Assembly (NCBI GenBank): GCA_963772145.1
Contig: CAVYVY010000025.1
Location: 165,315-229,314, forward strand
Length of the DNA stretch: 64,000 nt
Reading direction: 5' to 3'
Source: an uncultured bacterium
Lineage (GTDB): Bacteria; Krumholzibacteriota; Krumholzibacteriia; LZORAL124-64-63
In this document: one piece after another, positions 30,106 to 40,589 of the stretch
How the letters are laid out: each line of letters starts with the position of its first letter
Position numbering within the stretch: position 1 is the first letter of the stretch
The notes under the pieces: generated by a model
The model's input: the letters and a program-made list of their open reading frames with translations, nothing else
Told to the model about the DNA's origin: nothing
Database searches by the model: none
Position numbers and translations under genes: made by a program

Positions 30106-31781
30106 TAGCCGGCCGGTTCGCCGATCCCCCGCGGATCGCTGACCCCGGTCCGGACACCGGTGCGCGGGTCGACCAGGATCGCCTGCACGTTGCCCACGGC
30201 CGCGCGAGGCACCAGCGCCAGTCCGTGCGCGCGCAGCATCGCCGCGACCTCGGGCGCCACGGCCAGCGGCTCGCACCCGGTCTCGGGTGGCGACCACTGC
30301 TGGTGGATTCGGGGGGCCCGCACGGCCGTTGCCAGGTCCAGGCCGAAGTCGACCACGTTCACCAGCACCTGCAATACCGCCGTGATGATGCGACTGCCGC
30401 CAGGACTGCCGAGCACCAGCCACGGCTGCCCGTCGCGGAGCACGATCGTCGGCGTCATGCTGGAGAGTGGGCGCTTGCCCGGCGCAATCGCGTTCGCCTC
30501 GCCGCCGACCAGACCGAAATAGTTCGGCGTGCCGGGCCGCGCGGAGAAGTCGTCCATCTCGTCATTGAGAATCACGCCGGTGCCGGGGGCGATCACGCCG
30601 GACCCGAAGGATAGATTGATGGTGAGGGTGGCGGCCACAGCGTTGCCCGCGCCGTCGATCACCGACAGGTGGGTGGTGTGCGGCGATTCGATCGGCGTGC
30701 CTTCCGCCGCCGGGGCCGGGAACACCGCGTCCAGGCGCGCGCGCTGCGAATCGGCGTAGCCGGGCGACGTGAGACGCGCCACCGGCACGGGGAAGAAATC
30801 CGGATCGCCGAGCCAGCGGGCCCGATCGGCGAAGGCGAGACTCATCGCGCCGGCCAGGCACCGCCACGCCTCGGCCGCACCCCACCCCGCGGCGGCGAGA
30901 TCGCGGCCCGACAGGACGTTGAGCATCTCCATCAGCAGGACACCGCCGGAACTCGGCGGGGGCATGGACCAGACCTCGGTACCGCGGTAGGTCCCGCGAA
31001 CCGGTTCGCGCCAGAGCGGCCGGCAGGCCGCGAGATCCGCGGTCGTGAGTACACCACCGGCGGCGCACGCGCCGGCCACAATCGCCTCGGCCAGCGGCCC
31101 GGTGTAGAAAACCTCCGCGCCGCCGACCGCGATCGCCGTGAGCGTGCGCGCGAGATCGGCCTGGACCAGCCGCGCGCCGACGGCCGGCGTGACACCGTCC
31201 GGCCGGAAGATCGCCTGCCCCGCGGGATCCAGTCGCGACGCCTCCTGCTCGATCCGGGCCCGCAGTTCGGCGTCGACCGGGAAGCCTTCCCTCGCCAGCG
31301 CGATCGCCGGCTGCAGCAGATCGGCCCACGGCAGGCGCCCCCCCGCGCGGTGCAACTCGGCCAGACCGCGCACCAGGCCCGGCGTCGCCACCGCCAGACC
31401 GCCGGTCTGGCTGAGCTCCGGGTCGGCCGCGCCACCCCTCACGAACATGTCGCGCCGCGCCGCGGCGGGCGCCGTCTCCCGGCAGTCGAGTGCGCGGACA
31501 CGGCCGTCGGCCACCGTGTGCACGAGGAGCAGACCGCCGCCGCCAACGCCCGAGGCGTACGGCTCGACCACCGCCAGCGCGAAGGCCGCGGCGACCGTGG
31601 CGTCGCAGGCGTTGCCTCCGGCGCGCAGGACATCGCGACCGATGCGCGAGGCAAGCGGGTGCGCGGTGACCACCATCCCCTCCCGCCCGGTCGCCACCTG
31701 CGGATCGGCGCGCGCCATCACGCCCCACAACGCCAGCGCGAGCAGCAGGAGAATGCGGCAACAGAGGGACAGGAAACGCAT
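30102..31781 (-). CDS. ggt: gamma-glutamyltranspeptidase
   Basis: Intact ORF. Signal peptide, then TTHLSVIDGAGNAVAATLT (catalytic Thr region) and GSPGGSRI motifs. ATG at 31781 with GGGAGA RBS. Confidence 0.85.
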   Translation of the reverse strand: MRFLSLCCRILLLLALALWGVMARADPQVATGREGMVVTAHPLASRIGRDVLRAGGNACDATVAAAFALAVVEPYASGVGGGGLLLVHTVADGRVRALDCRETAPAAARRDMFVRGGAADPELSQTGGLAVATPGLVRGLAELHRAGGRLPWADLLQPAIALAREGFPVDAELRARIEQEASRLDPAGQAIFRPDGVTPAVGARLVQADLARTLTAIAVGGAEVFYTGPLAEAIVAGACAAGGVLTTADLAACRPLWREPVRGTYRGTEVWSMPPPSSGGVLLMEMLNVLSGRDLAAAGWGAAEAWRCLAGAMSLAFADRARWLGDPDFFPVPVARLTSPGYADSQRARLDAVFPAPAAEGTPIESPHTTHLSVIDGAGNAVAATLTINLSFGSGVIAPGTGVILNDEMDDFSARPGTPNYFGLVGGEANAIAPGKRPLSSMTPTIVLRDGQPWLVLGSPGGSRIITAVLQVLVNVVDFGLDLATAVRAPRIHQQWSPPETGCEPLAVAPEVAAMLRAHGLALVPRAAVGNVQAILVDPRTGVRTGVSDPRGIGEPAGY

Positions 31782-31890
31782 GGCGGTTCTCCCGGCGACG
31801 GCTCGCCTCAGCCGGTCCGCGACAGGAACCCGGCGCAGACCACGCGGCCGCCACAATGAGCGGTGGACAAGACCGGCCAGCAGATCGAGG

Positions 31891-32512
31891 TCACCGGCCA
31901 GCGAGGCCCGATGGATACGCCGACGTGGCGAACACGATCGCCAGCAGCCGCCGCGTCGTCTCGTCGACGCTCGTCCGCGGGGAGTCGCTGGTCGGCGAGC
32001 CGAACGGGCCGCTGCGCGTCGAACAGGCCGAGGCGGCCTTCGAGATGGATCTCGCCCTTGCGGATGCCGGGGTACGCTTCGCCCGCGCGACCGCGCCGCA
32101 GCTCGACATCGCCCCTTACCCGGTCAAGATCGTAGAGACCGATCGGCAGCAGGAAAAAGAGCGAAGCGAGGTTGATCGCGTCGACCGCCGCGTTCACGCG
32201 CGGCAGCGGCTGCTCCCTGAGCACCCGGCGCAACAACGCCTCCGACGAGGGGCGGGTCCGGGTGGGATCGACGCCGGCGGCCCGGTAGAGCCGGCGCGCT
32301 TCGCCCAGAGCCGGGATGTCGCCCGGCGACAGGTCGCGGTAGAGCCGCCGCAATTCCACCGCCCTGACGGACATTTCGGCCGCGAGGTCCGGTGCGTCGC
32401 CGACCGCCACGCCGTCGACGGCCAGCACGCCACAGCGCACCACGCCGGCCAGTTCCGCCGCGATGACCGTGGCCCGGCCGTCGGGCAGGTCCAGCCGGCC
32501 GGTCGCCGTCAT
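31891..32512 (-). CDS. B3/4 domain protein (COG3382-like tRNA-binding-related); apparent frameshift near 32100
   Basis: B3/4 signature DRVRGDVELRRGRAGEAYPGIRKGEIHLEGR in ORF 31808-32512. The conserved C-terminus (GPFGSPTSDSPRTSVDETTRRLLAIVFA) is in ORF 31891-32109. Confidence 0.5.
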
Positions 32513-32524
32513 CCCGACCCGCGT

Positions 32525-33551
32525 TCACCGGCCGCCGTACCTCCCGTCGGGACCGTAGAGGGTCGTGTAGTAGTCACGGTAGGCGCCACTGCGGATCTTC
32601 TCCCACCAGGCCCGGTTGTCCAGATACCAGCGCACCGTGGCGGCCAGACCGTCCGCGAAACGGTGCGCCGGCGCCCAGCCGAGTTCGCGGCGGATCTTCG
32701 AGGCGTCGATCGCGTAGCGGCGGTCGTGCCCGGGACGGTCGGCCACGAAGGCGATGAGCGACTCCGGCCGGTCGAGCAGGCGCAGCAGCGTGCGCACGAG
32801 CTCGAGGTTCGGCAGCTCGTTGTCGCCGCCGACGTTGTAGACCTCGCCCGGCCGGCCGCGGCGCAGGACCAGGTCGAGGGCGGCGCAGTGGTCCGCCACG
32901 TAGAGCCAGTCGCGCACGTTCAGCCCGTCGCCGTAGACCGGCAGCGGCCGGCCCTCGAGGGCGTTGGCGATCATCAGCGGGATCAGCTTCTCGGGAAACT
33001 GGTACGGACCGTAGTTGTTGCTGCAGCGCGTGATGACCACCGGGAAGCCGAACGTGTGGTGGTAGGCCCGGCAGACCAGGTCCGCGGCCGCCTTGGTGGC
33101 GGCGTAGGGGGAGTTCGGGGCGAGCGGCGTCGCCTCGGTGAACTTCCCCTCGGCGCCGAGCGAGCCGTACACCTCGTCGGTGCAGACCTGCAGGAAGCGG
33201 CCGACACCCGCCTCCCGCGCCGCGGCCAGCAGGGTCTGCGTGCCCAGCACGTTCGGTCTCGAGGAAGAGCCGCGGCGCGTCGAGCGAGCGGTCGACGTGG
33301 CTCTCGGCCGCGAAATTCACGACCGCCTCGATGCGCTCCCCGTCCAGCAGGGCGCGCACGAGTTCACGGTCGCCGATGTCGCCGCGCACGAAACGGTAGC
33401 GCGGGTGCTCCTCCAGGCCGGCCAGGTTCTCGAGATTGCCCGCGTAGGTCAGCACATCGAGGTTGACCACGCGGTCGTCCGTGTTGGCGAGCAGCCAGCG
33501 CACGTGATTGGCGCCGATGAAGCCGGCCCCGCCCGTGACCAGGATGTTCAT
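32525..33551 (-). CDS. rfbB: dTDP-glucose 4,6-dehydratase; one apparent frameshift near 33250
   Basis: N-terminal [21 protein letters not shown] (Rossmann GxxGxxG) in ORF 32574-33551. Catalytic [11 protein letters not shown] (YxxxK) and remainder in ORF 32525-33250. Confidence 0.8.
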
Positions 33552-33597
33552 GCTTCGCTCCCCGCGCCGGCCCCGTGGATCCCGCGCGCCGCGCGCC

Positions 33598-34327
33598 TCA
33601 TGGCCGGTTGGCGCCGCCGCGCGCCACGAGCGTGGAGGCGTGCAGCAGACTCGGGAAAGTACCGGCGTCGGTCCACCAGCCGTCGAGCACGCTCCACTGC
33701 AACTGATCGCGCTCGATGTACATGTTGTTCACGTCCGAGATCTCCAGTTCGCCCCGCGTCGATGGCTGCAGCCGGGAGATCATCTCGAAGACCTGGTGAT
33801 CGTAGAAGTAGATCCCGGTCACGGCGAAGCGCGACTTCGGCGCCCGCGGCTTCTCCTCGATGCGCACGATGCGGTCCCCGGCGAACTCCGGCACGCCGAA
33901 ACGCTGGGGATCGTCGACCTCCTTGAGCAGGATGCGCGCCCCCGACGACTGCCCCTGAAAGGCCGCGACCGCGGGGCAGGATGGAGCGCTCGACGATGTT
34001 GTCGCCGAGGATCACGCAGATGCGCCCACCGTCGGCGAAATCCTGCGCGAGCCGCAGCGCGTCGGCGATGCCCCCTTCCCCCTCCTGATACGTGTAGTGC
34101 AGCTCCTTGAGCCCGAACTCCTTGCCGTTGCCGAGCAACTGCAGGAAGTCCCCGGCGAAGCTGCCGCCGGTGACGATCATGATGTCGCGCACGCCCGCGT
34201 GCACCAGCGCTTCGATGGGATAGAAGATCATCGGGCGGTCATAGACCGGAAGCAGATGCTTGTTGGTGATCTTCGTGCAGGGGAACAGCCGACTGCCGAG
34301 GCCGCCGGCCAGGATGACACCCTTCAT
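33598..34327 (-). CDS. rfbA: glucose-1-phosphate thymidylyltransferase; one apparent frameshift
   Basis: MKGVILAGGLGSRLFPCTKITNKHLLPVYDRPMIFYPIE in ORF 33548-34990. C-terminal EISDVNNMYIERDQL in ORF 33598-33894. Directly upstream of rfbB. Confidence 0.8.
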
Positions 34328-34652
34328 CGCGAGACGCTCCCTTCGTTTTTCGCGGCGGTTACGCAGGCGACCACGCGCGCGGTATCGACCGGGCGGAACG
34401 GTCCGGACCCGGGAGGCTGCAGGCTCATGTCGACGATCCGGCCGTTCATCCGGCGGGCCTGGAAGTGTGGATTCTCCGCATCGGCTTCGTCGCGGCAAGT
34501 CGCCACGGACGGCATTATAACGGCCCGACGGGTGGTGCGAAACCCCCCAGAATGCGCGCTGTCGCGCTTCGGGGTTGGCCGGACCGCCGCTGTCCGCTAC
34601 ATTCTGCCGCGATCCGGACAGCGCATGGCGGAACGGGCGGCAGGAGGCGATA

Positions 34653-35240
34653 ATGCAGGTCATCCAGGGCAGGATCGGCTGGATCGAGGTCATTTGCGGG
34701 CCGATGTTCAGCGGCAAGAGCGAGGAGCTCATCCGCCGGCTGCGCCGCGTCGAGATCGCGCGACAGCGCCTGCAGGTCTTCAAGCCGGCTCTCGACAACC
34801 GTTTCCACGCCTCGGATATCGTTTCGCACAGCCAGCAGCGCATGCCAGGCGAGGTCGTCGCGACGAGCGCCGACATCCTCGTCCGCCTCGACGACAAGAC
34901 CGAAGTCGTGGGCGTCGATGAGGGGCAGTTCTTCGACGCGGGCGTGGTGGATGTCTGCAACCGGCTCGCCAATCTCGGCAAACGGGTCATCGTGGCGGGG
35001 CTCGACCAGGACTACCGTGGTCGTCCGTTCGGCCCGATGCCGGCCATGATGGCGACCGCCGAATACGTCACGAAGCAGCTCGCGATCTGCGTCGTCTGCG
35101 GCAATCCCGCCAACCACACGCAGCGTCTGACCGCCAGCCTGGATCAGATCGTCGTCGGCGCCCAGGGCACGTACGAGGCGCGCTGCCGCCGCTGTTTCGA
35201 GCCGCCGGCCGGCGAGGGGAGCGAGAACGCGGCGGGCTGA
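34653..35240 (+). CDS. tdk: thymidine kinase
   Basis: Intact 195 aa. GWIEVICGPMFSGKSEELIRR P-loop and C-terminal zinc ribbon (CVVCG...CRRC). ATG at 34653 with GGAGG RBS. Confidence 0.85.
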   Translation: MQVIQGRIGWIEVICGPMFSGKSEELIRRLRRVEIARQRLQVFKPALDNRFHASDIVSHSQQRMPGEVVATSADILVRLDDKTEVVGVDEGQFFDAGVVDVCNRLANLGKRVIVAGLDQDYRGRPFGPMPAMMATAEYVTKQLAICVVCGNPANHTQRLTASLDQIVVGAQGTYEARCRRCFEPPAGEGSENAAG

Positions 35241-35258
35241 GCGGGGCCGACCGAGGCG

Positions 35259-36158
35259 TCAGCCGAACAGCTGCGGATCGATGCGCAGGCGACGGGCCTT
35301 CTCCAGCAGATCGACGTAGGTCGTTTCGGAAACGTCGAGCAGACGGGCCGCTTCGCTCATCTCCCAGATCGTCAGCCCTTCGTCCGGTACGCTGCCGCTG
35401 CAGGCCGCGATCTCCTCCCCGAGCGCGATCATGGCGGCGAGGGGACGCGCCACGCCGGCCTCGGCGAGGCGATGATGCGTGCGTACGGCCTCCTCCAGCT
35501 CGTCGCTCAGATTCCACTCGCGGATAAGCAGCGCACCAAGCGCCCCGTGATCGAAGCCGAGCAATTCGCGCTCGACCACGTGGTAGGGAACCTGTGCGTC
35601 CGCGGACGTATCGAGCACCTGTCGGAACAGCTCCGGCGACGCCTTCGCCAGCGCCAGCTGCCCGATGTTCTGCATCAGCCCGCCGACAAACACCGACTCC
35701 GGCGAGGAGTGGCGCACGTGCTCGGCCACGAGCTGACTGGCCATCGCCGACAACACCGACTGCTGCCAGATCTGCTGCAGAGCCGGCCCGGACGCGGCGT
35801 CGAGGAACACCGACTTGGCCGCCGTGACGAGCGTCCAGTTGCGGATCGTGACGAAACCGAGACGCACGATCGCCTCGCTGACCGTGTTCACGTCGCGCAG
35901 CCCGCCGTAGAAGGAGGAGTTGGCGATCTTGAGGATCTTGGCGGTGAGGGCCTGATCCAGGATGATCGCCTTCTCGAGCTTGCCGGCGGTCGTGTTCGGA
36001 TCCGCGATCAGGGCCAGGATATGGTTGGCCACGCGCGGCAGCGCCGGCAGCTCACCGACACGACGGATGAGCTCCTCCGGATCCACGCTCGCTGTCGCCG
36101 ACGTCGGAGCCCGGTTCCTGACGCGGCTTGCCCGGCGCGGACGCCCCGTCGCCGACAT
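35259..36158 (-). CDS. HDOD domain protein
   Basis: LPALPRVANHILALIADPNTTAGKLEKAIILDQALTAKILKIANSSFYGGLRDVNTVSEAIVRLGF matches the HDOD signature. 299 aa. Confidence 0.7.
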   Translation of the reverse strand: MSATGRPRRASRVRNRAPTSATASVDPEELIRRVGELPALPRVANHILALIADPNTTAGKLEKAIILDQALTAKILKIANSSFYGGLRDVNTVSEAIVRLGFVTIRNWTLVTAAKSVFLDAASGPALQQIWQQSVLSAMASQLVAEHVRHSSPESVFVGGLMQNIGQLALAKASPELFRQVLDTSADAQVPYHVVERELLGFDHGALGALLIREWNLSDELEEAVRTHHRLAEAGVARPLAAMIALGEEIAACSGSVPDEGLTIWEMSEAARLLDVSETTYVDLLEKARRLRIDPQLFG

Positions 36159-36339
36159 CCCTCAGGATCGTGGCCAGATCCGCGGGCGAGCGCACCGGAC
36201 CGTCGCCGGGAACCGGGGCAGGGGGACGGACGCGCTGCGCCGGCTGGGTCGCGGGCGGCAGGGGTGCGGCCGGTCTCTCCCGGCGGGGTGCCGGCGCGGG
36301 GGACGGGCCTGACAGGGTCCTCCCCCCTTGGCCCGGCAC

Positions 36340-37135
36340 CGCCCCTCCGCGCCAACTCCTGCGTCAGGATCGCCGCACTCTTCTGGGGTTTTGTCTTCTC
36401 GCCGTGCTCCAGCAGCAGCAGGCGGGCCAGCGCGTAGCGCGCCAGCAGTTCGGCCGCCCCGACCGCGGCGGGATCCGCGTGCGGAGCGTCGAGGAGAATG
36501 AAGGTGTTCCAGCGGCCGCGCAGCGGCAGCGGCAGAACCACGATGTGGCGATCCTGACCACGCCCGAGCAGCAGCGAGAGATCGAGCGGGAAGTGCTTCA
36601 CCGGCACCGGACCGGCGTAGACACAGTGGTCCCCGGCCAGAGCGGAGAAAAGATCGTCGTCGCGAATCGGAATGCGACCTTCCGGCAGGGAGTCCGCATC
36701 GCCGCCGGCACGGCTCCGCTCGATCCCCTCGGCGAGCAGGATTTCGAGCCCCGAACTCCAGCGCTTCAGCAGCAGCATGCCCAGGCCGGTCTGCTGGGCG
36801 AGCCGCACGAAGAAGCGGGGGAAATCCTTGACGTCCTCCGCCGCGTCGAGCACCGCCAGGCCGGCGCGCAGGTCGGCCGTCGGCACACCCGAAGCCGTCT
36901 CCTCGGTGACACGGCCTGTCGTCGGCCGCACGGTCGCCGCGGTCTGGCGGGAAACGGCGACGGCACGATCGGCGGCCGCCGCGGGGCGCGCCGCCGCGGA
37001 CGATTCCTCGCGCTCCCGCGCGACGTCGGTGCGGGGCACGGCCACCGCCACCGTCGATTCGACGACGGACACCCGGCGCGCCAGCGCCTGCAGCGCCTGC
37101 CGCAATTCCAGCAGTTCGCGTTCCTCGGCAGACAA
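36340..37135 (-). CDS. hypothetical protein with N-terminal coiled coil and GAF-like fold; 3' end uncertain (frame turns Arg-rich near 36370) and may be fused to the HDOD gene
   Basis: ORF 36008-37135 (TTG start). Plausible sequence from MSAEERELLELRQALQ through ...HFPLDLSLLLGRGQDRHIVVLPLPLRGRWNTFILLDAPHAD, then composition becomes Arg-rich and non-protein-like. Confidence 0.35.
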
Positions 37136-37344
37136 GTGATCACCCCGTCAGTCGGAAACGGGCCGTGGCGGGCCGGACCCTCTCCCCGCGCCTGTGCATT
37201 CGGCCGGATCAGACATCGCTTGAGGGACTTCCGGTTGTCCGGGACTGTCCGCTGGCGCCCCGTCGGTCACCGCTTATTCTTGTGGACGCCGCCGTCGCCC
37301 CGCCGCACCCCCGCGGCGCGGTCGCGCCGCGGACGGGAGCGCTC

Positions 37345-37707
37345 ATGCCGACGCGGATCACCAAGTCTTTCACGTTTGACGCCGCGCACCGCCTGCCACG
37401 CGTCCCGGCCGGCCATCCCTGCGGCCGACTGCACGGCCATACCTACACGGCGACCCTGGTGATCGAGGGATCGGTCGGCGCGGAAAGCGGCTGGATCGTG
37501 GACTTCGGAGAGATCAAGGCGGCGTTCGCTCCATTGCGGGAGCGTCTGGATCACGCCTGCCTGAACGACATCGCGGGGCTGGAAAACCCGACCGCCGAAC
37601 TGCTGGCGCGCTGGATTCATGACCAGCTGGCGCCGGCGCTCCCGCTGCTGGTGGAGGTCAGGGTACAGGAAACGCCGACCTCGTGCGCCTCCTATCGACC
37701 GGAGTAG
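37345..37707 (+). CDS. queD: 6-carboxy-5,6,7,8-tetrahydropterin synthase (QueD / PTPS family)
   Basis: Intact 120 aa. FTFDAAHRLP...CGRLHGHTY motif with CxxxHGH zinc site. ATG at 37345 with GGGAG RBS. Confidence 0.8.
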   Translation: MPTRITKSFTFDAAHRLPRVPAGHPCGRLHGHTYTATLVIEGSVGAESGWIVDFGEIKAAFAPLRERLDHACLNDIAGLENPTAELLARWIHDQLAPALPLLVEVRVQETPTSCASYRPE

Positions 37708-37725
37708 ACGGCCCGGACGGCGGCT

Positions 37726-39788
37726 TCAGCGGGGATGCTCCGCCAGCCAGCGGCTGGCCTGGGGGTCGCCGGGACGACGGGCGACCAGCTCTTCGCAGGC
37801 CCGGCGCGCCTCCTCCTGCCGACCGGAGTGGTCGTAGATGGCGGCGAGATTGCCGAGCGCCTGCCAGTAGTCCGGTTGCCGCCGCAGAACCTCGCGAAAC
37901 GTCTGTTCCGCCTCGCCCCACCGCTGGAGATCCATGAGGCAGAGTCCGGCGCCGAACAGCGCCTGCACACCCGACGGTCCGTCGGTCAGACCGCGGAACC
38001 GGCGCAGCGCCGCGCCCAGTCGCCATTCGCGCGCAGAATCCAGGCGTGGCCGAGCTGCGCCCCCTGATCATCCGGGGCTGTCCGCAGGGCCACCTCGAAC
38101 TGCGCCGCCGCCTCGGCGGTGCGTCCTGCCTGGAACAGCAGCTCGCCCAGCATCACCCGGCCCGCGATCGTGGCCGGTTGGGCGCGCACCCATTCCGTGC
38201 AGAGAGTCAGGGCGTCAGCCGTCCGCTGCTGGGACAGGTAGATACGGCCGAGGCTATTGTAGAGCGGCTCCGCGATCAGCCCGAACTGCGTCAGCCGGAA
38301 TCGCCGCTGCACAGCCAGCGCGTCCTCATAGGCGCGCCGCGCGCCGTCGGAGTCGCCGTTGCTCGGCCAGGGCATTGCCCAGGGCGAAGCGGCTGAAGAC
38401 ATCGGCGTCGACGCGGTTCTCGCGAAAGGTGAGCAGATCGGACGCGGAAAAGGCCAGCAGGCCGACCGCCAGCAGAGGACCGGCCAGACCGTCCGGCCAG
38501 CGTCGGGCCCGCAGACCGCTGATGATCCGCTCCAGCCCGGCGCCGGCCGGCGCCGCGAGCAGCGCCAGCAGCGGCAGCCGGAACCGCCCGTTGACGAAGA
38601 ACACCAGCACCGACGCGGCGTAGACCACGGCGACGCCCAGCAACAGGGTCCGGCGCGACCGCGCCAGATCCCGCCGCCAGAAGCCCAGGGTCGCCAGCGC
38701 GAGCACCGGCGCCCAGCCCAGCCAGATCGGCCAGCGCAGCACCGGCGACCAGCGCCGCCAGAAGTAGGGATTGTTGTTGTTGCCCCGTTCCCCGGCCGCC
38801 AGCAGGAGCCGCAGCTTGTGCGCCGTGAGCAGCGCGGCCCGACCCGGTTCACGCGCGATGAAGGCGAGTCCCTTGCGCAGGTAGTGCGCGTCGACCTGGG
38901 AAGGGCGAAGCCGGTGACCGGCCTCGCGCTCCGCCAGCGCGATGGCGTCCTCGTATCCCGCCCTGCCAGGTCGCCCGCGTGCCCGGCACGATGGCGGTCC
39001 GGCCATCGGATTGCGGGTTGTTCCCGATCCAGAAATTGACCCCTCCCTGCGTGGCGATGAGCACGGCATCGTGTCCGCGCACGACATTGTGCAGCGTCAC
39101 CGGCAGGATCGGCAGCAGCAGGCCGGTCGCCAGCGCCGCCCAGCCCGGGGAGCGCCAGCGCAGTCCCCGCCCGCGCCGCAGATAGAAGACGATCACCGGC
39201 ACGAACACGAGCAGTGGCGGACGCGTGACCACACCGAGGCCGGCCACCAGACCGGTGCCGAACAGGCCGGCCGCGCGCGGCGTGGCATCCCCCTCGCCGT
39301 CGTCGCGCAGCAGTCGCCAGACGAGCCACAGCGCGAGTGTCGTGACCAGCGTCTCGAAAAGCAGCTCGCCCGCGAAATAGATGCTCGTCCAGAGCGCGGC
39401 GAAGATGCCGCCGGCCAGCCAGCCGGCGCGCCGGTTCCAGGCGCGTTCCGCGCAGAGCGCCACGAGTCCGGCGCCCAGAGCCGAGATGAGGGCCTGCACC
39501 AGCACGGTCGCCAGACGCGCTCCCGGCTCGCCGGGATCGAGACCGAGCAACCGCAGGACACCGTAGAGAACGCCCAGGAAGAGCGGGTAGCCGGGCGCGC
39601 GGAAGAACGGTTCCGCTCCGGGCCAGGTGCCGGCCAGCAGGCCGCGGGCCCAGGCATCGTGCACCGCCGCGTCCATGAGGGGATGCGTGAACAGCGGGTT
39701 GCCGGGCAAGCGTGAGCACGTGGGCCACCCGCACCGCCAGCGCCGCCGCCGTGGTTCCCCAGAAGAGCCGGGCCGATTCGCGTCGCAT
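37726..39788 (-). CDS. GT39 (ArnT/PMT)-like membrane glycosyltransferase-fold protein with C-terminal TPR repeats; multiple apparent frameshifts
   Basis: N-terminal polytopic region (LFTHPLMDAAVHDAWARGLLAG...PGYPLFLGVLYGVL) in ORF 38849-39814. Middle in ORF 38326-39087. TPR C-terminus in ORFs 37986-40583 (tail) and 37726-37968. Confidence 0.5.
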
Positions 39789-39817
39789 GTTCCCCGCTGC
39801 CTCCCCGGTGACACGGC

Positions 39818-40583
39818 TCACGGCAGCCGTACTGTCTCGACGCTGGTCGCCGGGAGCCAGCCGGTCCCGGCGCCGCCCAGGCTGATCCGCCGCCACCCCT
39901 CCTGCCGGTCCTGCACGGTGAGCGGCAAACCGTCGTGCACGCGGAAAGACGACCGGGTAGGAGGCCGCCGGGCCGCTGCGCACCTCCGCCTCGGCAACCA
40001 CCACCACGGCCTGCCCGCCGGCCCGTTCCTGATGGAAGCGCAACGCCGTCGTCGCGCCGGCCGCGACCAGCAGGAACAGCCCGCCACGGAGCAGTCGCGC
40101 GACGAACGGCGGCGCGCCGCGTCGTCGCCACCGCAGAGCGGCCAGCGCGCGCGCAGATCCACGTGAGCGCCAGCGTGAGCAGACTCCATTCGTCGAGCGA
40201 GAGCGATGCCCGGCAGAGCCGCCAGCTGGGCGATGCCGGGGGGCAGGCGGTCGCGGCAGCAGATCGCGATCCCGCCCCCGCGCGAGCGTCAGTTCCAGAT
40301 TCGCCCGCACGTCCCGATCCCGCGGAGCCAGGCGGCGGGCGCGCAGGTAGCTGACGACCGCGAGGCCGAGTTCGCCCCGTCTGGCATGCGCATTGCCGAG
40401 GTTGTAGTGCAGGGCGGGATCATCCACGCCCAGCGCCACGGCCTCGCGATAGCGCGCGACCGCGGTGGCGTCATCGCCGGCCGCGCACGCCGCGGCGCCC
40501 TCGGACAGCAACCGCGCCACGGCGGCCGTGTCACGACCGACTTCGCCCGCTCCGGCCGCGCCCGGGCCGAGCAGGCAGACCAT
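39818..40583 (-). CDS. batE: BatE-like protein (TPR + SH3b); 2 apparent frameshifts
   Basis: ATG at 40583. TPR segment (YREAVALGVDDPALHYNLGNAHARRGELGLAV), TM, then SH3b-like C-terminus (AVVVVAEAEVRSGPAASYPVVF...VHDGLPLTVQDRQEGWRRISLGGAGTGWLPATSV) in ORF 39818-40189. Confidence 0.5.
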
Positions 40584-40589
40584 GACCAG

